NCBI RefSeq assembly: GCF_037042905.1
Contig: NC_087245.1
Span: forward strand, 26,352,001-26,416,000
Direction of reading: 5' to 3'
DNA: 64,000 nucleotides
Origin: Lytechinus pictus
Taxonomy: Eukaryota
Position numbers and translations under genes: made by a program
The notes under the pieces: model-generated
Database searches by the model: none
Told to the model about the DNA's origin: nothing
The model's input: the letters and a program-made list of their open reading frames with translations, nothing else
Shown: positions 1 to 12,534 of the stretch, piece after piece
Layout: every line of letters begins with the position of its first letter
How positions within the stretch are numbered: the stretch's first letter is position 1

Positions 1-764
1 CCCTAAAAAGACTGGGAGGGGGGCTGATTCAGCCCCCCCCCCTCGTCATTTTTTCGCGATAAATCTGTAACGCGAAAAGCTGGCGCTGTGCCGTTCCATG
101 ACTTTTTTCTTTCAAGTCTTGCGCAACTTTTGAGACCAAATTTGCGACGCCAGAGTACGTGGTTCCGAAATTACGCAACATTTTGTAAGTGCATGTCGAC
201 CCGAAATTGCTCAAAAACGTGAATTTGTGTACAAATCCAATGCAAATTGTGTTTTTAGCCAAACTTCATAAATGTATCATTATTTTCAATTTTCCTAATC
301 AAACTTAATTAATTTCATCTTGTTAATGGTCAGAATAAAGTAGCGGACGATTTCCATTGAAAAAACAATAAAAAACAAAAAGTCGAAAAACAAAGAAATA
401 CATAAGAAATTTAAAAAACAATAAAATACATAAGAAAAGAATTGTGATATTGATTTTTTTTTAAAGTACATTTGATCAGAATCTTTCAGAGTCTGTGAAT
501 AAATAATGAGCAGTTTAGAGGCCTTATCTAGTTAATTAGAGCAAATCTTTGATTTTATGCATAAATTAGCATAATTAATGAATTATGAGATTTTTCGGAA
601 AATTTGATCCTATAGTCTTGAAGATTATGCCATGGGTAATGCACATGCAAATTTTCGTCGCGATCGCGCGGTCGACGGCCGAGATCATAGGGGGGGGGCT
701 GAATCAGCCCCCCCCCCCCCCCCCCAGTCTTCTTAGGCATCAAAATAGCCCAGTCTATTTAGGG
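1..764. mobile_element. piggyBac-type MITE
   Basis: TIRs CCCTAAAAAGACTGGG / CCCAGTCTATTTAGGG followed by TTAA (765-768); the left TSD is outside the window. Confidence 0.8.
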
Positions 765-1854
765 TTAACTCTTGCAAGTTAGATTATAGCTAGAATCTTT
801 ACAATCTATGGTAAGCTAAATGGTATTCACATAAAGAGTGTAAAAAGATTTCTGATACACACTGAAATTTACTTCACTATTGTTTCAAAATATGCTTTAA
901 AAATATTTGGATATATATCAATATCTAAGCAATGTCTGGCTAATTCTACATGGGACTATAAGCAAATTTTGAAAGAAAAAGATAAGAAAACACTTGAAAC
1001 AAGACAAAAATCACAAATCAGGAAGAAATTTGCAGCAGAAAATTGAAAAAAACACACCTCTTATGGAAACAGGCGGCACTCAGTTCTTTGCTTCTATACA
1101 GGCATTAAAACTTCAAAATTTATATTTGAAAAAAAAATACTGAATGATAAGAGATAGTTTGCTAGTGCACATCCCATACTTACTCTCTTACTGAACTGAG
1201 CATTCACACCATTTATTCATTAATTCACTCATTACTCATTCACTCACTCATTTACTCATTCATTCCTTTATTTCTCTCTTCATCTATTTATTCATTCATT
1301 AATAATGTTTCAAGGTTACTTTTTATAACCTTGAAATGACCGAAACGTTTCTCTAAGAGCATAGAGTTCAACCTCATTGTAGTCCCTTAAATGTCATTTT
1401 TTTGCAAGTAGTATAGCACACCGCCTCTCAAAATATAATTTAATAATTTTCTGTATCAAATATCTGTCCCAAAGAGAATACTAAGAAAATATGATCTACA
1501 TAGCTATTTCACATTCATTCATTTATATTATGAATAAATTACTATTCATCAGCAATTCATAAATATAACAAGACTTATCTACCATAAAATACCAGTCTAT
1601 CCCAATCAAACCATCCTTGACCTTCACATCCTATACATAATTTATAATTACCATGATTGATAATACAGAAATACACTATATCCATTTAATAATGATGTTA
1701 TTGAAATAGACAAAGGTATTTCTGTCAATTTGGTGTTAAGTCATTTGTAGTACTCAAGATAAAGACTCACTGAGAGATAGGTTTATATGCTGTTTTTGCA
1801 ACCGCAAGGAACGTAGAATCTGCAGTTAGCATACAAAATGGAAGAGAAGAAAAG

Positions 1855-2009
1855 CAGTGTTGTAGTGTCTGGATGATTGAATGTGCCCTAGAGCCTATTT
1901 TTTGTTCATGCCTTGACCTCGGCCTGGGTTCCAAGGCCTTTAGCCTTGGTCTTTAGAACGTAATGCCTAAGCTTTGGCCTTGAGATTTTAGGCCTTGACT
2001 ACAACACTG
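1855..2009. mobile_element. Short internally deleted copy of the CAGTGTTGTAGT-TIR element
   Basis: Same 12-bp TIRs and GCCTTG subterminal repeats as 19986-22539. Confidence 0.75.
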
Positions 2010-2797
2010 AACAAACCCCATTGAGGTGATTGGCCAAAATCTACATCCAAGTAGATTTATGCCGCACATGTAGTTCCATGAGGGCAACAACCAATCAGCA
2101 TGCTTGTATGATGTAAATGATCCCATATTCCAGCTGAGGTTGCAAGAAACAGCTTCTTACGAGAGTTGTTGGAGCATGGAAGCTGTACCTCTTTTATCAC
2201 ACGTTTGTAAAAAAATGCTAGTAAGGTGCTAGGTATAGCCAACAATGAGACATTAAGAGGTAACTGTAGGTGTTTTCTCAACATGTACTGTCATTTGTCA
2301 ACAAATCCTTTTCGGGTTTACAGAAGTATATAGGAAATGCTTTATACTAGTACCATTCTAGCATGAGACCTGACCGTTGTTACAGTAGTACGAGTGAGGA
2401 AAATTTAACCAATATACAAGTGCTATTGAAAGTCCTGATATCTAATGCCCCATATAAATGATGATAAGATTCTCAAATTATACCAATGTGGTCATGAATT
2501 TGGCTCTGGCTTGGTTGACAGATACTAGAACTGATTCAATTCACTTGTTTAAAGGATAGAAAAATAACTCTTGATGCTATTCATAGGATACTTCAACAAA
2601 ACATGGGGGCCACTTTTTAAAAGCGCGACATGTGGCTAAGCCAATGGACATGACCAAAGTTTACGCTATAAGCCCTCCAACAAAACTGACTCCAAACCAA
2701 TCGTCGATACACAAGTAAAAATACAAAGTAAAGTAACAGTTTGTATTGGTGTGGAGCTGGTTATATAGGTGTGACTATAGCATTAGGTAGCAAAGCT

Positions 2798-2938
2798 GGG
2801 GCCCGTTGCAGAAAGAGATGCGATCAAACACAACTCAAAATATCTTGCACAACATGATTTTCATCCAATGAAGCACCCGTTTTCGGGACTTGCGCTTGAT
2901 ATTTTAACAAAAACGCAACTCTTTCTGCAACAGGCCCC
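2798..2938. mobile_element. PIF/Harbinger-like MITE (same family as 25537-25682)
   Basis: GGGGCCCGTTGCAGAAAGAG...CTCTTTCTGCAACAGGCCCC inverted termini in a CWG context. Confidence 0.7.
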
Positions 2939-3696
2939 AGAAGAAACTAGGCAGTGATACAGCAGCATACCCATAAATGGCAGATTCGCAGCATGAATGG
3001 CGTGTAAGACAAGTTTTCAAAGGCAGTTCAATGCAACATTACTGCTTCATTTATCTTTGGTTGATAGTTACTTCAGTAGAACCTAGACTGAGGTACATGG
3101 AGACAGCGCTCCATCCTAATGGATAACAATCCATGAGGTTCTTTGACATTCAAAGACATAATATTCTCCTCGGTCAAATTTGTTACTTCAGTCTTGGTTC
3201 CTTGGGCACTGAAGTTGACTCTGCAGAATAAGCTTTGCCAATATATCAAAGAGATCTCCATCGATGTGCGAATTTATGCAGATGTTGTTTGATAACTCCT
3301 GCATGGAATATTATATGACATGGACAGGGACACCAGTTTCCATGCCGCTTGTATAAAGAACATTCCATGGTTAATTTTCAGAAATATGTGAATGAAATTT
3401 ACTATTTTAAGGCTCAGTATGTAGATAACCTACTCTTGAAATGCTTTCACTTAAGTAATACCATGTTTCTGCTAGAGTTATGTGAACCAACTCTTATGAA
3501 GTAAAACCAAATGAGGCTTGGGATTTCATGAAGTTAACCCATTGGCTACTGGAACTGGGTGTTTCCTAGAAAAAAGACTAACAGACTTCAGCAGGCAATG
3601 CGTTAAATTCTGGTGCAGAAGACGGAAGACTAGTGCTCTCTGTCTCCCTTCTCTCGTGAGATGTGAAGTCACAGGAAATGGCAATGATGGCTGTCT

Positions 3697-3798
3697 CTAT
3701 AATATTTTCTGAAGGAGAGCATTGGCTATATCCATTGTTTCATCTGATATAAGAACTATGTCGTACCTCTCTTTGTAGGACTCAAGGTTTTGATCAAT
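3697..3798 (-). CDS. NT5C3: NT5C3 terminal exon 7 (IDQNLESYKERYDIVLISDETMDIANALLQKIL*)
   Basis: ttccAG acceptor; 102 nt including TAG; YDIVL..DE...AN..LQKIL family C-terminus; total protein 323 aa. Confidence 0.95.
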   Translation of the reverse strand: MDQNLESYKERYDIVLISDETMDIANALLQKIL

Positions 3799-4324
3799 CT
3801 GGAAAATGGAGGAAAAAGAGGAAAATTATTAGAGGCAAACTGATGCTGAACTTATGAGGACTTATTTATACAAACTCAATTAAAGTTTCAGTAAAAGACT
3901 ACATAAAATGTATTAAGGTTCATTACATGTAATTCATTATATGTATGATCAAATCCAATTTTGGAATACATTCTTTAAATCTATGTTGCTGTTGCAATTT
4001 TCTTCGACTATTTTTACTTGCTTTGTTTTGAGAAAATATATGAAGATTTAAGGATTTTATTTATTCTGGATGCCAATTGTATTTTGGGTTGGTTTGCATA
4101 TAGCCTGGCCAAATTAGAGTTTGGGGAGGAACAAGTGTAAACAGAAGTGGCACATTCAAGATTAAGTTTGGGTAAGTCCTGGGAGGTCCTCTGCTATTAC
4201 TAAAACACTACTACTTGTACTATTGCTACTTCCAATACTATTTACTACAACTAAACCTTACTTATTCCGAAGGACAGCAAGCTTTGGCTAGTATGAACAA
4301 CCCTAATGGTTATCTACCACTTAC

Positions 4325-4525
4325 ATGATCATTAAGGAATCCAATGGTAAGTATAGAAGTGGCCTGCGGCATGCCATCAGCCATTGTAAGATCACCTAGC
4401 GTATCTCCTAGCAGGATGACATTGGTTCTATGCTTGTGACAGTCGAAGAATTCAGGATGGTGAACAGCGACTTCGTGCTTGTTGTACGTGTGGATCAGCT
4501 CGCCCTTGAACCCTACAAGGTTATC
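4325..4525 (-). CDS. NT5C3: NT5C3 exon 6 (DNLVGFKGELIHTYNKH...NVILLGDTLGDLTMADG...IGFLNDH)
   Basis: ccAG acceptor and GTAAGT donor; 201 nt, phase 0; HAD motif III Lys and motif IV GDxxGD. Confidence 0.96.
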
Positions 4526-7500
4526 CTGGAGAAGGAAGAAACGGTTGAGATAAGGGTTTTTAACAAAACTGGGAAATGATAATTGCAATGATAACAATTA
4601 TTCTTCAGGAATGCCACTTCTTAGAATTTGTTTCAAAAAGTAAGAAAGTCATTTAGAATACTAGTATCCCCTTTTGCACTGTCTATAACAAGGTGTTTTC
4701 GTGTCCTGAAATGTGCTGAAACAGTAGCAATCTGTACTCTGTCTGAAGATGGCATCTCAGGACCTTGTTGCATATAAGAGTATAATTATGCTACTGTACC
4801 ATACAATAGTAAGCTACCATGGTAATGATGCTAAACAGTCAACTAATATCAAAGTTTCAATGGAAGTAGTACATGTAGTAAAGTTACTATAATAGTAACT
4901 ACATGGGTCATTGGTCTTGGATTTGAGAACGTTCAGGCATCCTTGTGCATTATGCAATGAAATTGTTTGCTTGCACACATTTTTCACACAAACAAGATGA
5001 AGGCAACATGAAAGGACGCGCGAGGTAGACTCTGCTTTAGTCGACCTTCCAAATAATCACATGTCAAAGCATATTTTAAAATCACAATATGCAAACATCT
5101 GCTATTTACAACCTCTAAGTCAAATTTTTTCTCATTTATTTTATTATGGTCCCAAATGATTCAAATTTGGCAGGTTCCTTTTAATTTTCTTTTTTATGTT
5201 AAAATGTTTCAGTAATGTATCGCTTTGGTTAATACAGGCATGCTACTGTATATGAGAAAAGTCATATCAGAATAAAGTCCTTTGGCCAATATCTGAATTG
5301 GTATGCATTGAATGAATATGCAAATAAATTCCAATCATTATGTGTAAGCAGATTGCTGAAGGTTTTGTTTTGAAGTGTGTGACAGCATACATGTATATGT
5401 ATACACTGTGCAGTGGGTTTTTCTAATATTGTTTTATGAATGTAAACAAACATAATAATATCGGTATCAAATCAATTGTTGAACTTGAAATAATATATTC
5501 TAACTGCTGAAATGGGAGAAAGAACAAACAAGATTCTGGCAAAGATATTCTAAAACAACAATTCTGTTACCTGGGAACCAGAAGGAAAGACCTAGAACAT
5601 GATAATGTTTCAGATTTCCTTTATTTATGTTACATGACACTGAATGACACTTTGAAATATTGTTGAGTGCACTTTGAGCCTATTTGTCTCTTGCAACATA
5701 CTTTGGGAATTCCCATGAGGATTTGCAATATGAGAAGCCAGCAACCTGAATGTTATTATTTGTCATTAAGTCGACCCCCGCATTTATTTTTGTGTTTGTT
5801 TTGGGAAATAGTGATTTCTTCATGTTGAGGCATGTATCAGTGATATTATTTGTAAATGATAAAAACAAGAATAATGACTGCTTCGTCAAAAGAATGAAAT
5901 TGGCACTATTGATCTAAAAGCTGAATTTAAAATCTGAATAAAAACTAGTAATGCTACACTCACAATGGCGAAAGCAACCCCACACTAACCGAAGTTCTAT
6001 GCTATTCCTAATGGTATACCATCGCTTGGTTTGATGTTCCCTATTGTTGGTTTGCATTCCAAGTAGGCAAATTAGATGGCAATGCGGGAAAGTTAAGCTG
6101 TGTGCAGTGATGTAAGAGTCATTTGAATCATTGACCATTTTCAGCATGCAGTGGACAAGTCACACTTCCAAATATTCATTTATTTTTTCTATCTAATTTA
6201 CATGAATTTGATGTTTCAGTGACCACTGATGAATTTCTGTTACTTGGTATTAATTAATTGCTCCTGAGATCAACTTCAAAAATAATTTTCCACAAAGTAG
6301 TGGATATATGAACTTATCGAGTTAAACATATCGTGTTGAATGACTTCCTCATTCAAGATTATTTCAGAATAATTTTTATGTCGAGAACATTTATAAACTT
6401 GTGTCAATTGATCATTCTGATTCTGTTCGGTTTTTTGGGGGGGTTCACAAATGTAAGTGAAAAGAGAGAGAGCAGAGAAAACGTCTTGTCCCTGCAGCTG
6501 AAGTATGGTGCCTCTCAAGGGCTGAAGTATGGTGCCTCTCAAGGTAATATTATTCTAATTTATTTATTATATTAGTATACATGTTTCTTTTGCAAAGAAA
6601 GAAGCTCAATAGGAAAATATTTATTTCCGGTTGAACATGCGAATTAGGAGTTGGTTTCATCGGTGTGATCGTCCAGTTTAGCCCCCGTTACAGGAAGGCT
6701 ACCTTTCCAAAAGCCAACACTGAAGGATAACTCATGAATTCCTTAACCCAGCTCCAATCCCATCAACACCCATAGCTTCCCTCTTACAATGGCCAAACTG
6801 GATTATAGATGGCTCCCACATGCGGCAATGTTGAAGGACAAGCAATAAAACAAGTGCATCAATCTGTTATCAATCATTGTTTGTATGGTCTCATGCACAC
6901 ATTTTCAATTTTTTATTTTCTCCATGGTGGGATCATTTGTGAACCCCCTATTGTTGTGACTGCAACAAAATGTGGGATTGGTGTATGGTTGAGTGCTTCA
7001 ACCTCATACGCCTCCCATTAAAACTAAAGAAAAACAAACTTTAAAAGTATCTTAAAGAACAAATTCTAAGTCACCTCCATAAACCAAGATCATGACACCA
7101 AATGCTTTTAAAAGGGTGTGGCTCAAAATAGGGTATCCAGACATGTTACAGTGCCATTGTGTATAACATTCTAATGAGCGTTAAATTCTATACACACTAT
7201 GATCTGCACACATGATGTACTTTTACACAGAAAGGGGTATGCCTATTGTTGAGTAAAGCTCCCAAGTCCTTTGTTCTATTGTGGCATGCTTGGGACAGAT
7301 TCTCAATAAAGCACTGTCTGCTTTTAATCTTGGTTGGGATTGGAGCCTGAAGCTGATAGTAATGAATAAACATTTGGCAGGTAATAGGGGAGAGTTTGAT
7401 GAAAGACAATACTACAGGAGTCAGAGAAAGGGTACTAGATTAAGATATTGATCCGTTCGTTTATAGTCAGCATTTAATCCTAATACACTAAATATGTTGG

Positions 7501-7809
7501 GACATGGACATTTTACATTCTGTATTTGCTCAAAAGGGCAATTGCCAATAACCCCAAAATCACATCGACTTGATTATATTGATAATAAACCGATGATGGG
7601 AATCTCAAAACACTCAACGCAAATATTAATTTCAATACTCCTTTAAGGTCAAACTTTAAATGAGCATTTTGCCAGGTTAAAAATTTACTTTACAGTGTAT
7701 TTAATGAATACTAAGCAATTCACAGCAAATTTCATGTTAAAATTATGACACAGAAGCCTTGTAACATAACACTGTAAATACATTATAATTATAGCACAGT
7801 TAAGATACC

Positions 7810-7971
7810 GGGGTGGTGTTTCATAAAGCTGTTCGTAAAGTTACGCACAACTGAAACCTGTTCTTAGGCGCTAAATCAGTTACATAGAGATATCATTTAG
7901 CACAAGAAAAGGGTCACCAGTCGTGCATGAAGTCATTTGTAACTTACGAACAGCTTTATGAAACGGGCCCC
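7810..7971. mobile_element. Harbinger-like palindromic MITE
   Basis: GTTTCATAAAGCTGTTCGTAA / TTACGAACAGCTTTATGAAAC inverted repeats with GGG...CCC ends. Confidence 0.65.
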
Positions 7972-8034
7972 TGTAAGTACGTCTTTATGCAACTGGCCCC
8001 TGGATTTCTAGCAGTCCTTCCCACTCTTGCCTAC

Positions 8035-8287
8035 CTGGTCATCAAAGTCCATGAAATTTGAAACAACCTGCATGTTGGGAAAGAACTGTGAAAACTGGCG
8101 AATGGCTTCGGACAGGATGTCCCCGATTCCTGCAGAGAAGACAAGGCAAGGTACATCGGCTTCGCTGAGCTTCCTGAAGAGCTCTGTGGTTCCTTCCCTC
8201 AGTACCATGCCTGACCTAGCAATCATTTCCTTCAGGTCTGATCGCTTGAGTCCAGCTTTCACAAGCAGGTTGTGCGCACTTGTCCAC
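8035..8287 (-). CDS. NT5C3: NT5C3 exon 5 (WTSAHNLL...LVFSAGIGDIL...VVSNFMDFDDQ)
   Basis: cttAG acceptor and GTAGGC donor; 253 nt; HAD motif II FSAGIGD and VVSNFMDFD; lies inside ORF 8008..8403. Confidence 0.96.
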
Positions 8288-8780
8288 CTAAGGGAAGAAA
8301 GAAAAAAAACATGGATGTTATTAAAAGAGCTCAAAATCAGCTGAATGTTGGTCTCAATGCTCTCTTTGCCCTTATAAACCTTTTTTTTTTCATATCCATA
8401 CAAACAGGCAGAATGAAATAAAGTTCTTAGATATATTATTGTCCTTAAAATTATTTGTTTTCTTAATTATTTCTCAATATTATTTGGATTTTAAAAACAA
8501 GAGATTGTTTTGAATAAGTAAAAGTAAAAATAATAATACAAGTTTTCATTTTGCCTTTTTATAGGAGTTATACTTGAATTCACAGAGTATGAACAATTTT
8601 AGGTCTGACAGGCCCTTACAAAATTTTACATACAATCAGTCAAATAATCATCATCATAATAAAAATGATATGAGAGCTGAAATATATTACTGTGAACTAA
8701 ATACTCATTGAATTTCTATGTCATGGTATTCCAATGTTAAAAGAATATTGTTCAACCCTTACGCCATATGCTGTACTTAC

Positions 8781-8913
8781 CACTCTACCATAAGGTTATA
8801 TTTCTCATCGATCGTAATGTTATTTGCCATCTCAAGCGGGTAGTACTTGGATCGTAGCTTGTGTGCTGCCTCCCTGTAGCTTTCGGGCAGAGCCTGGCAA
8901 TCATCTAGGACAG
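8781..8913 (-). CDS. NT5C3: NT5C3 exon 4 (AVLDDCQALPESYREAAHKLRSKYYPLEMANNITIDEKYNLMVEW)
   Basis: tacAG acceptor and GTAAGT donor; 133 nt, phase 1 to 2; YYPxE...EK...MVEW family motif. Confidence 0.95.
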
Positions 8914-9116
8914 CTGTAATTTGAAATTGTACAAGTAGGGTTTCATTGCACAAAGGCTTGCAATAAAATGCTAATAGCAGTGAAGATCATTGCTACGTGT
9001 GCATTTTGCTTTAAAATGAAAGGAACAAAAATCAAAATAGTTCTTTCATATTTGCAATCTATCACAGAAATATGTGTATGGGGTCCATTGAATTACTAGG
9101 GAATATAGATTCACAT

Positions 9117-9381
9117 CAATGCTGGATCCAGGAAGGGGGGGCACAGCCGGCCCATGCCCCCCCCCCTTTAGGAGGCACAATTAAAATTTGTAACGTAAAT
9201 ATACAGAAGTGTACCCCCCCCCCTTTCGAAAATGAAACCCCTTTTTTTTGGCTTGTCAAATTTTTTCGTGGACAAAATCTCCTTAATTTTTGGTTGAAAC
9301 CCTTTTTTGGGGTCAAATTGTCAAATTTTTCCTCAGGAAAATGTGCCCCCCCCCCTTTGAAAAATCCTGGATGTGCCCCTG
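9117..9381. mobile_element. hAT-type MITE with 8-bp TSD ATTCACAT
   Basis: Exact TSD at 9109-9116 and 9382-9389; degenerate CA..GGATCCAGG termini. Confidence 0.8.
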
Positions 9382-9966
9382 ATTCACATGATTTTTTTGA
9401 TACTCTTTCTTTCCTCCTTTTTCTTCCTTTGTTTCTCTATTGAGAGAAGTGCCTCCTGTATGGTTTCTTATTCAGCACATTCACAGATTTCTCAAGAATG
9501 GGCTATAAATCAATTTTTGACAGGGATGAGGGAAACCAACACCTTTAATAAGCCCCTGCCTGTATATACTTAAGATCGTATCTTTAGAGGAGACATGAGG
9601 AACAAATTTTCAGCAAAAAATACAGGGAGCATACCAAGATTTTAACACTCTGATATGGGATCTTTGATAATGATAGTATGGTCAAACTAATATGGCAGAT
9701 AACTGATTGTTGGACAATAACAAACATAATCATGCTGCTGGAATCATAACTACATGTACCATCTCTGTCCATAAGGAGCTCTGACATTCCATGACCCTTC
9801 TTTGACCGATCTATTGTACACTCTTACATAATGCAAATTCAATTAGTTCAATATGAAAGGATAAGCCCTATTGAGACATGGCTTATTACCACATCATTAA
9901 ACAGCACACCCAGAGATCTTAGTACATGTTGGCTGTGAAAAAAAATGCTGCACAATAAACAATTAA

Positions 9967-10552
9967 AGGTCAAGTCCACCCCAGAAAATGTTGTTTTGAA
10001 TAAATAGAGATAAATCAAACAAACATAACGCTGAAAATTTCATCAAAATCAGATGTAAAATAAAAAAGTTATGGCATTTTGAAGTTTCACTTATTTTTCA
10101 CAAAACAGTGATATGCACAACTCAGTGACATGCAAATGAGTCAGTCGATGATGTCCACCACTCACTATTTTTTTTTTTAATTGTTTGAATTATACAATAT
10201 TTTTTTTTTTTTACAATAAGGACCACCTTGACTTAACCATGTAGTATTCAACAATGCTAATTCCACATGTTCAGGGAGGAATTAATCATTGTTTCCCTTG
10301 ACAATGAAGAGAAAATTAGAATATTTAATATTTCATGTAATGAAATACAAAAGAAATAGTGAGTGGATGACGTCATCAGTCTCATTTGCATACAGACCAG
10401 GATGAGCATATAACTCTAAAACTTAACTATAACTTTAAAATGTCATAACTTTCTTATTTTACATCCGATTTTGATAAAAATTTCAGTGCTATGCTTGTTT
10501 GGATTTTTCTCTTTTTCTTCAAATCAACATTTTGTTGGGGTGGACTTGTCCT
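9967..10552. mobile_element. Kolobok-type MITE (TTAA TSD)
   Basis: TTAA|AGGTCAAGTCCACCCC ... GGGGTGGACTTGTCCT|TTAA; second copy in opposite orientation at 32170-32666. Confidence 0.8.
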
Positions 10553-10643
10553 TTAAATTCAGCCCTGGGTAGGCTAGAAATTCAGACTATTTTTTTGTGT
10601 TATGACAAGCCCCCCCCCCCCCCCCCCATGAAGTTCTACTCAC

Positions 10644-10713
10644 CATGACAAGTGGGTACCTTCCTGCCTTCAAACATAAACCTTGTTATTGTTCTGTCAA
10701 AATCTGCAACAAC
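10644..10713 (-). CDS. NT5C3: NT5C3 exon 3 (VVADFDRTITRFMFEGRKVPTCH), HAD motif I DxDxT
   Basis: AG acceptor and GTGAGT donor; 70 nt ending in phase 1; catalytic DFDRT motif. Confidence 0.95.
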
Positions 10714-11255
10714 CTTGACAATAGGAGACAATTCAAAGGGGAACAATTACAGTCACTCATTATAGCCCAGGGTCAAACATTTGCAGATCTTTATCAGTTA
10801 ATTGTTTCTAAACATTAAATTGCATTCAATACATGTAAGTTAAAAGTCGTATTACTATTACTCTGAGTGAACAGATAATAGTGTGAAAAAAAAAAAAATC
10901 TTTTCGCACTGGCTTTTATTAAAGCAGTATCTTTGTATCATTACTTTTATATTATTTGTTACTCTCAGAAACCAAGAAGACTACAGTACCATGCACTAAC
11001 AAAGACAATGGATATGAATATTATGTACATCTAACCAAGTAGCCTGGGTATGGAGTAGGTCAAATTAATGACCAAGGCCCATAGACCTTACCTCCCATAT
11101 TAAAGTATGTAAACTTCATTTCATGTCCAGTATCAATGTCGGATCTTATGCTTTAAAGTTACTGATAGATGTTGCTAATTACATCATTTTATCAGAGATG
11201 TATTGTTAAAGTATTTTCACTATTGAAGTTCAAGTAAACATAATGAGATCCCTAC

Positions 11256-11354
11256 CTGTAGATTTTGACGTCCATCTTTGACGAGCTGTGCAATGATAGA
11301 AGCCACTCTCTCCGGATCTCGTATATGAACATGACTCCTCCGCAATTCTTGAAT
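11256..11354 (-). CDS. NT5C3: NT5C3 exon 2 (IQELRRSHVHIRDPERVASIIAQLVKDGRQNLQ)
   Basis: ttccAG acceptor and GTAGG donor; 99 nt; matches the family V(R/H)I(K/R)xPxRVxxII...GxxxLQ segment; not in the ORF-track frame. Confidence 0.93.
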
Positions 11355-11897
11355 CTGGAATATAAAAAGAATATGTCAAATTAAAGTGGATATTGGAGCA
11401 TTTTAAGGGGATGAAAAGAATGGGAAATGGAGGGGAAGGGGATGCATATGAGGAATGGTAAATGGTAGGGTACTTGTATGTAGAGGAGGGGAAGGGAAAG
11501 AAGGAGTGGAAATTGGAAGAGAGCAAACAGGAGAGAATGGGAAGGGGAGTGAGAGACAGGGGAGAAACAGAGAGGCATAAAAGTGAGATGGAGCTGAGAC
11601 ATATGTTTATAGAGAAAGAATATAAATGCCATTGGATAGTTATGATATATCATCCCATCCCATCTACCCACTCATACGACCCAAGCCCATTCTACCCCCC
11701 CCCCCCCTCATAACCACAGACCCCATAGAGTTAGCCTCCTTTCCTGAATCTTGTATGCAATTTAATCAAATTTAAAGAATGACATCTGAAGCCACTTAAT
11801 CCAAATTTACATACACACTAAACAAAAAAACAAAAAATTCTGTCTCTCATTCTATCAACTTTGCTTTTTCTCATTAATCATTCTTATCCTTCATTCT

Positions 11898-12053
11898 CAG
11901 GGGTGGATCCAGGATTTTCCATAAGGGGGGCACATTTTTAAGAGGAAATATTTGAAAAGAAAAAAAAGAAAAAAAGTCTCCACTTCAAGGGGGCGCACTT
12001 CTGTTTTAACGGCACAGGCCGACTGTGCACCTCCTCCCCTGGATCCGTCAGTG
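11898..12053. mobile_element. hAT-type MITE with 8-bp TSD TTCATTCT
   Basis: CAGGGGTGGATCCAGG ... CCTGGATCCGTCAGTG with an exact flanking duplication. Confidence 0.8.
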
Positions 12054-12280
12054 TTCATTCTCATCCAAATATACTAGTCTTTTTCCTCCCATTCTTTAAA
12101 ACCAGCCATTTAGCCATTTTAAATAAAATCATATTTTCTGTAAAAATCACATATCCCTCATCTAAAAAAAAAAATGCATGACTCAGAGCTTTATTGGTTA
12201 CATTAGGAAAAGTTAATTACAAAAATAACTCTATCATGCATGCAACAACCCAAAACTAGACTACATGTACACATTTTTTT

Positions 12281-12534
12281 TCTTCATCATGTATCATTTA
12301 TTAAAATTGGCTGTGTATAGGGGTAGCCATTAAGAGGCACAACAACAAAATGAAATAAAGAGTTAATTTCTATTGTGCATATATTTGTACACCTCCACAA
12401 TCATTTTTCTTGATCATGTATCCTTTATTAGAATTGGCTGTGTATAGGGGAAGTCATTAAGAGGCACAACAACAAAATGAGAAACAAAAGATTTAATTTT
12501 CATTTGGCATATTTGTACACCCCCACTATCATTT
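12281..12534. repeat. Tandem duplication, 2 x ~127 bp
   Basis: Repeated ATTGGCTGTGTATAGGGG..CATTAAGAGGCACAACAACAAAATGA block. Confidence 0.85.

Noticed and set aside
6498..6544. 23-bp direct repeat of GCTGAAGTATGGTGCCTCTCAAG
   Set aside because: Only two copies; a simple local slippage duplication in an intron.
8027..8344. 105-aa plus-strand ORF
   Set aside because: Antisense shadow of NT5C3 exon 5.
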